From positions 10,230,001 through 10,294,000 of the forward strand of contig JAQFVV010000004.1 in the NCBI GenBank assembly GCA_028023455.1: a stretch of 64,000 nt of DNA, given 5' to 3'. The position numbers and the translations under genes were made by a program. The notes under the pieces were generated by a model, which was not told the origin of the DNA, searched no databases, and saw nothing but the letters and a program-made list of their open reading frames with translations. This stretch comes from Epiperipatus broadwayi (lineage: Eukaryota > Animalia > Onychophora). Shown one piece after another: positions 40,897 to 53,949 of the stretch. Position 1 is the stretch's first letter; every line of letters starts with the position of its first letter.

Positions 40897-41280
40897 TACT
40901 TACTGTCACCATATTTACTACAAAACATCTACATTTCTTTAGGTTCAAAAATGATCAAAAATTCTTTTCATGCTCCAAAAATAACTATGACACACACACA
41001 TATAATGTAATGATGTGAAAATAAATGTTCGTCGAGTAATAGAAATCACTATCATTAAAAATGAACAGGGAGATAATACTGGAATCAAACAATGAACAAG
41101 TTATAATTCACCACCATCATTAAAGGCAAAGTTATAATTCACCACCAGCATTATTAATCAATACTCAACCTTTTGAGTGAATCTAAAAGAGAAGCATAAT
41201 AAAATCTGAGTCTCATTATCATTCAGACAATGCCAAACTTAAGGCATATTATAAAAAAATAAGTCATCAAAATTTCTTCT

Positions 41281-41425
41281 GCACAAACATATATGACTGG
41301 TAAGAAGATATCTAATATAAGAATCATAAAAATACTGGGATTTTAATATCATGCTGATCATCATCAATGTTCATGGCCATCTGCTATATTGATCATAATG
41401 GCCATCAATAAATTAATTTTAAAAT
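41281..41425 (-). pseudogene. Candidate decayed N-terminal serine-protease exon
   Basis: Polypyrimidine acceptor, then FIDGHYDQYSRWP(TGA)...YLLTSHIC. Spacing of IDG to WPW equals that of IVGG to WPW. Stops are present and there is no AAHC. Confidence 0.3.
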
Positions 41426-43449
41426 CTATAAATAAAGTGAAATGAGTAGACTTTAAGGGTAATCCCTATCTTTGCATTATGCAGGCACTTCTCTGGCTAT
41501 CCACACACACATTTCACACCTATATATTGTAATACTGTTATACTCAAAACTAGTGTGGAATTGCAAGGATTCAGAATCTGCAACTATGAACAAGAGAAAA
41601 TGCACGTATAAAACTTAAACTATTTACATGAAATAATTTTACTGAGATAATGTATAAATTCTTTAAAGTACAACTTTATGATGAAATCAGCCACACATAC
41701 TACTAATTCACAGATTAGAAGGCTAAAAGGATAAAGGGCATCCACAAAAAATAATTTTTAAAAACTATTTTTTTAAATAATTATTTAATAAAATTAACTA
41801 ATAAATAAAAAAATTCAAAGAAATGTTGAATAATTAAAAGTTAGCACATAGTTTCATACAATTCACATGATTTCTGTAGCAAATGTAGTATTATTCCTTG
41901 TTGATTCTTTGTAATTAATAAATATTTAATCTAAATAAGTTATATCACTTTAAGATAATTGAAACTGAAAAAATATTCACAATAAAGAAAAGAACAAATA
42001 GACTAACTTAAATCTCCTTTTTTTTAAAAAAAAAATAGGATGACCCCCCCCCCCCACATTTAATTATCTCAAGAGTAAGTTGAAGTTTTCTTATAATTTT
42101 CAGCAATTCACTCCTTAGTAAGAATTTTCACAAGCTTTATATTGAAAAATGTGTATTTTTCTTTATACATTATAATATAAAATTTTAGTTAAAAAAAATT
42201 CCATAGATGGCAAAAAAATTGACAATTTGGCAAAAATAATGGGGATTTAGCTTTGCCTTCTATCCACCTTGACAACTGGCTCTTTTGTAATCTGACATTT
42301 TTCTGATGTCACCATTTTATGATATTGTTTAGAGAAAATAGTATGAGCAACAAACAATGTGTTTATTCAAAATTTAATTACAATTGCAGATTGTTTTAAT
42401 CCAATAATTTATGCAATAATTATTGAAAATCAATAACATCAATTATTAATAATTTATTTTGAACAGAAATATCTTATTTTCAAAAATAGAATGTTATATT
42501 ATCAGACAATGCAAATATACCCTGAAGCTATTTACAAGTTTAGCTTCCTATGTAATCAGTCTAAATATATTAACAAATATGAAAATATATATTTTGCAAT
42601 AAATATTGAAAAAAAAATAAAGTTTTAAAGCCAAAGACATTAGATATAAGAGAAATAAATAAATATTCATACAGATGTTTTGAAAAAAATTACAAATAAT
42701 GAAGATTTTGTTCATTTTAAAAAACCAAAATAATCTTTTGATGATGTAAGAAGCTTTTTGTTTTGATTATGATCTCATTTTTAAATATTTTTAGGAATAA
42801 AATGTAAATATTCAGAAATTTGTATCAGTAGCAAACAAAAATATCTATCAAATGAAGTCAAATTTATTATTTTCTGACAAGTGATAATGGTTTAATCTTA
42901 AACTCAATGTTGAATGTTTACAATAACAGAACAAAAGAAATTGATGACTTAGAAAAGGATAAGAGATGGTGATCATGTGAAACTTAGAAAAGAGTTAACA
43001 TTATGAGAAAAATAAAACATGTTTAAAAAAACTAAAAAAATATTGTTTTCTATTGGCAGTTCTTTCTTACATTATATATATAAAAATATTAAATGTAGAT
43101 GTGCACACTACAATATCTTATTATCATGGTTATTTGTTCCATTTGTCCTTAGGTAGTTACAGATTTCAGTTTAACAATTATTTCACTTCATATTAAGATA
43201 GGTTTCCAGTGGAATAATTTTTCCATTAACTTTTGCATTATTGTAATTTCACATTATGAGAGTGTACAGTTTAGAAAGCACCTCTTCTCATATTAGCCTT
43301 TTCTTCTTGTATCTCCAAACTTTCAGTATAATAATTATTTTCCTTTTGGTGCTTACATTTGTCTTCCTTTTTTCTAGTATAATAGTTTCCATATCAGATT
43401 AATATAAGTGGAAGCAGTGATTTTTAATAAATACCTAGGATTTATTAAA

Positions 43450-45850
43450 ACATTCCCAAGAATATTTTCCTTCTCCTACATTGATTACAGAGATGGCATG
43501 GTAATGAAGCTCAGGTTCTAACAAATTCCATTTCACAAATTAATTTTTTAAACTAGTAGTGAGGCCAGTCAAACTTCAGACTATAAGCTTAACAGGATTT
43601 ACACTGAAGTCTACTGACTTCTTCCCATCTTTAATAAACATTTTTCATATCCATTGAATAATATAGATTATTCCAGCACTAAGCCTCAACAAATTGATTT
43701 TATTTTAGAAGGTTAAGCTGTCAGTAGCTATCACCAATCTGCAAAGGTCTTCACAAGCATGGTGGGAGTTTTTATTTGAGAAACCTAGTAGCTTTGTATA
43801 GTATAAGCAAACATTAATGAAATTCTACTGCAATGAAGATGACCAAGAAAGCATAAATCATTAAGTCTCACAAGAGAAATATTCAGATGAGCCTTACATA
43901 CCATTCTTTAAAAGTCAAGTAGCCAAACTTCAAGCTGTAATGGTATGTCCATTATCAGACAAATAGGTCATTAGAATTGTAAGACATACCTTTCCAAGTC
44001 TGGTGGAGCATCTGTTGGTAGTCACAGTATGTATGATTACTAAACAGGTGGCAGATTTACTCAGTGCTTTTGATAATAACTTGACTGATAATGAGAAGGA
44101 TATACTTAAACTCTGAATATGTTCCCTTCCAGGAATAATGAACATCACACAAATGCATTAGGATTAAATAAAAGAGAACAATTGTCTACACCATGGCATA
44201 TGATAAAGTGGAGAAAATCCACAGATAGCAGGGAGAAAGCATAAGTGATACACAGATTAGGAAGCATATCCAATATAAAGACTGATGAGAATCTATGGTA
44301 ATCATCTTCCCCATGTGGGGGTCAAACCAAAATCAATGTAAAGCTGAATAATCCAAAAACTATCAGGTCTCTCAAGAAAATGTACCTGAATTCAAGACCC
44401 AAGAATGGAATAGAAGAACAACATAGAAAGTAAGACCACCATTAAAAAAATATAGCTTAATTTGTGAATGGGAAGAAAAGAACCTAATTTCTCTTTGCAA
44501 AGTTACCCCAAGATTCCAATGCAATTAAATCACATGAAGGCATGTGTTTAATTTAACTCAGGCAACCATATATTGGTGATGTCTAAAAGCATATGTAAAG
44601 GTACTGGCAACAAGAACCATAATTTTCAGCCTCCCTTTGAAATTAATACAAGTGATACTATCTAATAGCAGAAGTGCCAAATTAGGCAACAAGCAATTCT
44701 GGGTTCAAATAGAAATGGGAACAAATATATATCTCAGGTGCTGCTAGTCCTAAAGGGATGAGTCCATAATGTTATTTAGGGGTCCAATTTCATGCATAAA
44801 AATGTTAAATTACTTGTGAGGGTGGGGTTGTAACATTCTGGTTAAAAGACTTGTATCTATCAGTTGAAGCAGGTTGTATACAAAATGAGGTCAAGTGACG
44901 GAAAGTGATTGCCAAGCTTTAGGAGTGACCATGTGCAAAAATAAAAATGGCAAAATAGATTTGAAAAGATTTTCTTTATTGATACCAGTCCAATCTTTCC
45001 AATATACATGGAGTTATCAAAGAGTATGAACATTGGATTAAGATAATAAATACCCAATCCTACCAGACACTATCACTTCCAATACTCCATCAGTACAGAC
45101 CAGGAGGTAAAAAACAGATTAGTTTTAAGTAGGGGGAGGTGATATCTAAGTGCTCATCGCCTTTCAATAATCTTCTTGTAATAGTATGAAAAAAAAACAT
45201 GGCTAAATTAGGTTCTTCTTGGATGTTGGACAGTTGAATTAAATTACATTGCCAGACCAAAATATATCTCCACCCAGTAATAATTTATCAACTAAATTTA
45301 GAAAAAACTATTTTTCACCTTGGATTTGACTTCCAGTTATTAGCAGATAAAATTACATTCTAAAGACTGTCAGTACATGTCCTTCAAGTATAATGGAATT
45401 TTGTATCAATTTAACTGAATGCTTTTTGGGTTGAAAAACAGTGAAGTTGGATTCTTGAAATGTTTGGATGAAGTGCTAGTTATTTCATATAAAAGTCTTG
45501 GCTGCAGATATATATGGACGATGTAATTATCAAGAGAAGCAACATGGAGAACATATCCATCAATTACAGTTGATTTTTCAAAAATGTGAGACCAAGGGTA
45601 TAAGAATCATTTTACAGAAAAGCCATGTAACTGTAGAAATGAGTTTCCTGTGATAACTGATGAGTAGCAGAGACATTAAACCTCAAACAGATAAAGTTCA
45701 AGCCATTAAGAATTTCCCTACACCCAGCAATAAAGAGGCATATTCAGCCATTTTTAGCACTATGCAACTTCTATAACTGGTTTAGCAAATATAATTATTA
45801 ATAATTTTCAAGTTTTATTAAATTCCAAAAAAAATATTAGTCAAGCAAAA
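43450..45850 (+). mobile_element. Decayed, 3'-truncated Ty3/gypsy element
   Basis: RT LDLTSSY.QI, FGLKNS, YMDD (45511-45522), KVQAIKNFPTP, PFLALCNFY. Gag-like frame at ~43870-44100 and protease-like VILG at ~44770. Confidence 0.78.
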
Positions 45851-45984
45851 CAAATATATAAGTTGACCCAAATTCCCCAACTTCCTTTGTTAGAGAGTAT
45901 GCATGAATATTATGGCATTAAACACTTCGGTAATAAAGATGGAATCCATCTTTATTTATAGTCTAATATATTTATGTAGATTCT

Positions 45985-48000
45985 AAAGCTTGCAACTTGA
46001 CCATAAAGATTGAAATTATTGATATAAAAAAAAATACTTTCAGTGTTAACCCGACCCCTAAATTTTTGAATAGACTCTAATGAGCAAAAGTTTTACTATG
46101 ACACCATGTTTGATTTTTTTTGTGAAATTAAATCTTTATGTATATTACAAATATTATAAATATTTAAAGCTTTTAATAATTAAAATTCTAAAACATAAAA
46201 AATTAATATTTTAAAATTGTGAAAATAAGTATCCAACTGACAGTCTTATTGATAACAAAGGCAAACATGGTTATTGGTTGTGATATCTATTCAAAAAAGT
46301 TAAACGAACAAAATACTAGATATTAGAATTTTATATCATTAAAAATTATATTTTTAAAATTAGTTATCATCAAAGAAACAAAAAAATTATAATAGTTAAT
46401 AAATTTATTAATTGTTATTAAAAAATTTCATTTACAGTTTATACAAAAACAATTTTCTTTTCAGTGGCTTTTCTGTGGTCGTTCCATTTTCATAACATAC
46501 TTTGTATACTAAGAGCTGTCTATTAAAAAATAAAACGTTTTCAAAGATAGTCCTTAATGATGTAGTTTTTAGTTTAAGTCTTTTACAAAAATATTGCACT
46601 GTAGTTATTAACAATTACTGAAAATCACATTTTATGTGGTATTTAGCCACAGAAGAAATGAATCTAAAATATCAGCCAATCACAAATCACGATCTCTTTT
46701 ATAAATTTGTCAGAACAATACAATATGCTGTCAATCATAAACAAAGATCCATTAAGATCCATATACAGCAGACATCTCTTGGAATTTTTTAAAAATTAAT
46801 ACATTGAAAATGGAAGTTTCTTAGAAAGAATCGCTACAGCCTGTCACACACTATAATTTAACATAGACAATGATTTAACACTACATAGAAAAGTAGCAAT
46901 TGCAGCAACATCATATTTCCTAAAATGTTAAATATGATAGCACTATCATAGCTTACATTCGTGAAATAGTTAAATAAATCTCTTTAAACAGATAAATATA
47001 ACTTATTCTGAATACAGACTAATAAATAGTTAATTATAACATTACAAACTGCAATTATAATTTTCAAATTGCACCCAAAGTATTACTTGAATATTAAGTG
47101 TAATAGTGTTTAAGGCTAAATGAGTTTATAATAAATCATAAAAATCACTCAACACTTAGACAATCCCAATATTAGTAACAATCAGCAATCTCAGCCTGTT
47201 GTCAAGGCAACCTCCTTTTAACAATAAGTAAACAATAAAGTTTGCAATGTTTTCCTGAAGAATTGTGATGATGGTATTTTAGTTGTATTTATATATTGGA
47301 CTATTTCCATCCCCTGATATAAGTATTGAATGTCTTTAAAAAAATTTAAACTTTAATTAAATATTCCAAATACATTCAACTATTAGTAATAGCACACAGG
47401 TTAGTGGATGCACAACATTTCAAAATGTATTATTCTTTTCTCTTCTTCAGGTGTTGCTGGCATGACCAGTAATAGTATTTTCATGGGGATCAAACCTGGA
47501 TCCTTAAGTTCTTCAATATTTAATTTTAAGGTAACACTGCAACTTGACAACAGATATTGAAATTATTGATACAAAGAAGTTTAAATAACCCTCTGTAACC
47601 AGATAACTATAACCTATTTTGAATGCAGACTAATAAATAGTCAGTTATAATATAAACTGCAGTTATAGTTTTTAAATTGCACCCAAAGTATTACTTAAAT
47701 AACAAGTGCAATAATACTCAAGGTTAAATGGGTTTATAAGGGATCATTAAAATCAATCAACATTTAGATAATCCCAATATTAATAACAATATCAATATGG
47801 TTCAATATATTTATATAGACACTAAAGATTGCAATTTCACTACAAATACTAAAATTATTGATACAAATAAATTTAAATAAACCTACTTAAATAGATACAT
47901 ATAACCTGTTGTAAATGTAGATTAATAAATAATTATAATTTTCTAACTGTACACAAAATATTACTTAAATAATAAGTGTAATAATGCTCAAGGTTGGATC
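45985..48000 (+). repeat. Four dispersed or tandem copies of a ~250-300 bp AT-rich repeat
   Basis: Shared GCAACTTGAC...GAAATTATTGATA (45990, 47539, 47830) and GACTAATAAATAG...AAATTGCACCCAAAGTATTACTT...ATCCCAATATTA (~47017-47175, ~47628-47785, partial ~47905). Confidence 0.75.
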
Positions 48001-48550
48001 ATGAGATGGCAATCTCATTGAATTATGAATATGTTAATATTAAAGTCAGAAAGGAGAATTGGACACTTAGAAGGACACCTCTTGGAATTATATTAGTATA
48101 AGCAATAAATAAGATTAGTTGAGTAGACAGCAAACAATAGCCGAATAAATGATTGTATTTATGTGGATTAAGACCGCTTAGGATTACATCCATGACATAT
48201 TAAAGATTAGAAAAATATTTATCGAGTGTACTCAATCATATAATTATATTTATAGAATAATCTCTAATTATAAGTTTAACATTTTAAAGTTAATCAAAAA
48301 CACTGTCATTGTTTTATTAGAAGTATGGTTGATATTAATATTTATTTGCACTTATATTTCCATACATGGTTAGAAAACAAACTTAATACTAATTTATAGG
48401 TGATTATTATAGAAATATCCCTACTAGTCAATTAAATTTAAAAACAGGCAAAACTCTCCATACAATAGTGCCACTCAGTGCAAGCCACAGTAAATCAATG
48501 GGTGCCAGAAGGCTTGTGCATAAAATCCTATCTAATGCATACTCATCCAG

Positions 48551-48597
48551 TATTCCCAGACTAGTTTCTAGCTTGTGGCTTTCATCGGTGAGGAGCC
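48551..48597 (-). ncRNA. Degenerate minimal type I hammerhead ribozyme
   Basis: CTCA-CCGATGA-A-AGC-cacaa-GCT-A-GAAAC-TA-GTC-TGGG. Helix III is the palindrome ACTAGT, GUC site, core U4 changed to C. Confidence 0.6.
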
Positions 48598-49352
48598 TTA
48601 GATCTGAGAGCACTGCACCTAGGTATTAGGATCTAATGTAACCCTCCAGCAACTACCTTTTATCCCTACTTAACTATAAAACTATGAGACTAAAATTGAA
48701 AACAATATTTTTAATACAAGCAAATTAGCTTACATAGTCGTTTAGGTTTGAACTCAGTTCAGTACCCATACATTTTGGTGTCTTTTGTTTTTAATAACCA
48801 TAGCCACCACTATCTTATTAGGCAGGATTAGTATTAAACCACTAAACATCACATGACTTTTGCCTGTTTTAACAAGTTACAAGCAAGCATAAGAAATGCT
48901 GATCATGTGATGTTTATTTAAATTTTATTAGATTAAGCTATAAGTTTTAAAGATAATTTTAATAGCTATGCATGACAAATAATTGCTAATAAAAATTATA
49001 TTTGGTATAGAAAATAAATGATAACATACAAAAATAATACCACTTTGTAAATAAATAATTGTGATTTTCACTTGTTTAAATAGAGTACAGTTTTGAAATA
49101 TTTATTTAAAATTGTCTGATTCAAATATCAAATCCATGATCCATTTCATCTGGAGTATTCATAATCTATGTGATTTGTCTTGGTATTATTCAAAATGGGT
49201 TATATATTGAGTAGCTTTCATCATTATATATTATGGAAAATACTTACTAATCATATTAGCATGTATAAAAAAAGAAAATCCCTGTTATATTTCATGATAT
49301 TACTGTCAAGTGGTGTCTGAGTTAATAAGTTTTAATAAGCTTATCATTACAA

Positions 49353-49540
49353 TATATATATAAAACATATTTTGCAGGTTCATCCGTGTTAAAAAAATTT
49401 AAATATTGATATATCGACGTTTCAACTTGATCACACAAGTCATCCAGTGGATGATTTGTGTGATCAAATTGAAACATCGGTATATCAAGATTAATATTTT
49501 TTAACATGGATGAACCCACAAAATATGTATTTTATATATG
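49353..49540. repeat. Near-perfect palindrome, ~95-bp arms, 1-nt spacer
   Basis: TCATCCA-g-TGGATGA centre at 49447. Arms match out to the flanking TA tracts with about 10-15% mismatch. Confidence 0.9.
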
Positions 49541-49572
49541 CAACCTGTGAAAGTCTTCATATCAATATATAT

Positions 49573-49800
49573 ATATATATATAGGATTTGAACTCATACT
49601 TTCAAGCTCCCTTCGGCTTCATCTATCTTATACAACCAATACACATGAAAAAGATAAATATCTCCAATATATGTATTTCATGCTGAATGAGCACTCATCA
49701 GTTGGTCCAGATCATCATCTTCCATATATATATATAATCAGTGTTCAGTTTATATTAAGATATCAAATCTTCAAACTTTAATGGACAAGCTTCAATATAC
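49573..49800 (-). mobile_element. Hammerhead-bearing short element, family A, copy 1
   Basis: Homologous to 56605-56812 (+) and 62644-62880 (-). Flanked by and containing (TA)n. Confidence 0.8.
49664..49705 (-). ncRNA. Minimal type I hammerhead ribozyme (family A)
   Basis: CCAA-CTGATGA-GTGCT-cattc-AGCAT-GAAA-TACATAT-A-TTGG. Intact core. The two departures (G-T closing pair; ATACATAT for ATACGTAT) are CpG-type transitions. Confidence 0.82.
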
Positions 49801-49934
49801 TTCAACATCCAACTCTTCAGTCTTCCAAACCATCAAAAATCTGATGATGGAATTCCCAAATCCCTTGATGATGTCTGATAATGCCAATATTATTGTCATG
49901 TCCATGTTGACCTTGTCATTGTCCATTTACACCA

Positions 49935-49972
<38 letters not shown>

Positions 49973-50039
49973 TGTAATGGTAATCAACCACTGCCCTTTA
50001 AAATGTTATGTTATAATGTTAAAGGGCACAATAGCAAGT

Positions 50040-53000
50040 TATATACCATTTATTAATTTATAGATAGTCAAACTTATGTTTCTAAAAATAAATTAATAAA
50101 TTATAAATTAAATCATTAAATATCGAAGCAACAGTTATTTTTCTTGATCAATATTGACATTAAAGAATTGATTGCTAACTATTTTCCAATTAAAAAAAAA
50201 CTCTCGCTTTAAATATTTTTTATCATTTCTTACTTATTTTATTGTTTAGATACTTTCTCAGTTATTTTGAGAAATTATTCATCCTTTGGGTTTAAATCTA
50301 TCTAAAAAGAATCAATTCCTCTGTTTTGTTGTTGTTGTTTTTTACTGATTCTAACTCATAATATATAAGATCTTGTGGGTTTGTATTTATGCCTCAGTGG
50401 GAATACCATCTCCTCCTCTGCTGAGCTAGAACTGGATACAACCTTTGTTTTTCTTTTGTTTCTGGTGCTGGGAGTAATGCATGTCTCCATCTCATCTTCA
50501 GACCAGGAAGAGGCAGCAGCATCCATGGGTGGTGTTAGGTAAAGAGTGTTGCTTTCATTAGTCTCTGCCATCAATGTGGCACTAGGACTTGGTGAGACAT
50601 TATATTTACCTTGTATGGAGTTAGGTTTAGGTATTTCCATCTTTTTTTTGAGTTGATAAGCATAAAGGAGCCACAGAAAAGAAACACAAGATCCATCTCC
50701 CATCTGAACCAGTAACTGGGTATTCTACCAATATTTTGCCTGCAGATCTCCCCACATCGGATTTAAACATTCCTCCAAACATCCACATGGAAATAAAGAG
50801 AGACTTTTGATACTTCAAGAAAACCACCTGTGGTAGAATCTAGCGGGCCATCTTACAATGGATAACAATAGATGTTTGATCTCTGCTGACAATGTCCAAG
50901 AAATTAACTCCCTCAGTCATATCAATGCCATCAGGCATTTCTTTAAACAGAATTCACTGCATTTGTTGTTCTTAGCGGAAATGTAATTTCACCTAAACTC
51001 GAACTACTTCCTAAAATCAGAACTTTTCAAACTGGGATTTACAAATACATGGAACCTCCTAGTATGGCCCATGGACTCACATTACACAAATATTGGATCT
51101 GATATATCGATATTATAGTGCCTATCATAAATAAAGAAGTCTATAATCCAACATGTCAGACCATGCTAGAGAGGCAACGATCCCACACTACATGGATACC
51201 AGTTCTGATATGTCAGCATCATAGAGCCAACATCAAAGGGGTGGACAATACCAAGAGAATGGAATGCCACTTACTCATACATGAACCTGTTAGTGTGGGT
51301 AATGGCTCTGCCATGCATCTACCAGACCTAGGACACCCACATTACCAAGCCAGCCTTGATGGAAGAAGCCAATACCAGCAATGGAATTGAGCCACCATTA
51401 ACAAAGTGTATTATAATATTCAACTGTACAAATTGTGTTATGTCAATAAAATATTTTAAAAATAATATATAAGATCTTTACTTGACAATGTATAAACTGT
51501 AAAATACAATATCTACCTAAAACTATACTATGGGAGAAAAAAAAATATCATTCTTAACATTTTAATAATTATTTAATAAAAATATCAATATTTTTTTTTC
51601 CATGATCAGAATCTTCATAATAATTTGCATATAAAGTCCCAATAACCCTAAATACTGATAGTTAATTTTTATTATAATACACTTGGAGTAATTTTCTAAT
51701 CAATATTTTCTTATCATTTTTTAGTTATCTCCCATAAACATAATACATTATTCAAGAGAATCAAAATTAGCTTAATACACATATATCTGTTAACAATTGT
51801 TAAAAGATATATATAAACCCAATGTAATAAAAATCATATAATAAAAAAAAAAATTTCTTTCAAAGGCTTCATTAATATGTACTAAAACAATAAATTATTT
51901 CTTTTTTCATATGCAGATTTACTTCAAAGATCTCTTTTACAGATACTTTTTTTGTCTTCTTGGTCCTTTTATTACTTCTTGGTCAATCTTTCGTGGTTTC
52001 TTAATCATCTCAGTGACTTGCTAGTTAAATTTTCTGATAACTCTCTAAAGACATTTATGTGATTGGATAGACTTCTATTCATTATAAAATATATATATTT
52101 TTCATTTTGATGCAGAATTGAATTTAGTATAAGTATTCTAGGTAGGAGAAGCAACATTTCTATAACTTCACAAAACAGCTAGTTATAACAGATGTACTTG
52201 TGAACCTTTAACATTTCATAACTAATGCTTTTCAAAAGCCTACAGAAATTATTATATAAAAAAGCTTCACCACAACGTATCGGTATTAATTAGTGACTTA
52301 GTTTTCCATATTTTTAGAAGTTGAATGCAGCTTCTTAATAAACAAGCACACTTGACAACACATGATCACCCTTTCATATGCTTACACAATTATCCTGGGG
52401 CTATTAGATGAATAGGCACTAGATAGGGATTTTATGCACAAACCTTCCTGCATCCATTGATTAGGAAGACTTGCACGTGGTGGCACTACTGTGTAGAGAG
52501 TTTGGTACTCTTATTACAAGTATATTTGCAAATAGAATTGCTGGTAAAGCCGCTTTTAGATTAACTATGATCCACTGTTTTCTAATTCATGCTTTTCATG
52601 CATGCTGTCTGGATTGACGATTAACTTAAAACTGGCAAGAGGAAGTATAAATGAATGAAATTTGTCTAAACCAAGTTTATACTTTCTTATTAAAATAGGA
52701 ATATCAGGATGTTTTTTTTTAATATTAACTCTTTTCTTAAAATTAAAAGCTTAATCCTTTTATCTATCTTGATAATGTCTGCAGATAACCTTCTGTTATG
52801 TTCATTAATTAGTTTTGTAGAAGAATTAATTAATTAACAATTATGAATTGAAATTTCAACATTGTCTTTTTTCGAAATAACTTATTACAACTTTTTTTTC
52901 TTTACCAATAAATATTTTAATTATAAAACGTAAGTAATACAATGTGTATTCCACAAAAACTTTCTACTATTTTAAAAATAATAACAGTAAAAACCATTTC

Positions 53001-53200
53001 TTTATGAAACATACATAAGAAATATATATATTTTGTTCTCTTTTTTTAAATGTATTCATAAATAAATGTATTTATGATATTTCTATTTAATTACATTTGT
53101 TCATGGGGAGAAAGAATATTAATAAATCCCCTAAGAGTTAAGAATAATTTATAATTCTTAATTATTTATACAATTTTATTGTAGCATCTTTTCTTTTAAT
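50040..53200 (+). repeat. Duplicated block, copy 1 (paralog 55975-58180)
   Basis: Colinear anchors such as CAACAGTTATTTTT, CCATGATCAGA, TTCAAAGGC.TTCATTAATATGTACTAAAA, TCACAAAACAGCTAGT, TTAAAAGCTTAATCCTTTT, TCATGGGGAGA. Roughly 75-80% identity by eye. Confidence 0.85.
50375..51461. mobile_element. 1087-bp insertion with 17-bp TSD, LINE ORF1-like content
   Basis: ATAATATATAAGATCTT at 50358-50374 and 51462-51478. Empty site in the paralogous block at ~56289-56313. Minus-strand Ser/Pro-rich ORF 50356-50703. Confidence 0.75.
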
Positions 53201-53949
53201 TTAAAATACAAGTTGTGCAACATGTTGGCACAATACTTCCTTCTCAACTAGGAACAAATTAGAGCCAATATACGTCTGATCATGTGTGTATTAATTACAT
53301 GTATAATATGATTGACCAATTTCATTTCTTTTTTTATTAATTCTTCACATTTTGCCATTTTAAATTTTCCTTGGACTCACAAACTGGTTTTTCGTTTTAT
53401 GCACTTAACCATGGGTGAATATGATTCTTTAGAGTTTCTGAGTACATCTAAGTAATATTTAAAAAATGAGGTCAGACTTGCTATCTTCTAATTTAATTAA
53501 TGTGATTCATTTGTCATCTTTATAAACAAATACTTTTAAAAACAAATTTATTCATTTGATAATAATATGAGATTATTGGAAAGAGATATGAATGATTGTA
53601 CTTATCCCAGAAACCACTAGTAACTTCATGTGAGCTATGCCTATATGAATACCCTATCACAATTTGTTCAGATTTTAGGATCATGAACTTTCATCTTAAG
53701 ACCAATCATACTATCATAAGATTGCTAACCAGGTACATTTTAGCTTGGAAAGCTTTCAAATAGGTTAAGAAATCTCACCTGACTACATTGTAATATATTT
53801 ATAAAGCTAGAATTTTTTTCTCTTAAGGAAAATTTTAGTGAGTCTAGGCATTCACATCTGGTACTACACTTGATGAAATGATAAGCATTCCCTTTTAAGT
53901 TCTGTTCTATTTTATTGTTGCAATGATGAGAGCATGACTATGTAGTGCA

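Noticed and set aside
40777-41150. CRISPR-like array
   Set aside because: Directly tandem copies with no unique spacers, only two units, eukaryotic context and no cas genes.
43930-44148. Minus-strand ORF with LSDNG as an integrase
   Set aside because: It is antisense to a gag-like frame that is colinear with the plus-strand protease and RT remnants.
53381-53500. 38-codon open minus-strand exon candidate
   Set aside because: Weak acceptor and no similarity to the protease or any family I recognise.
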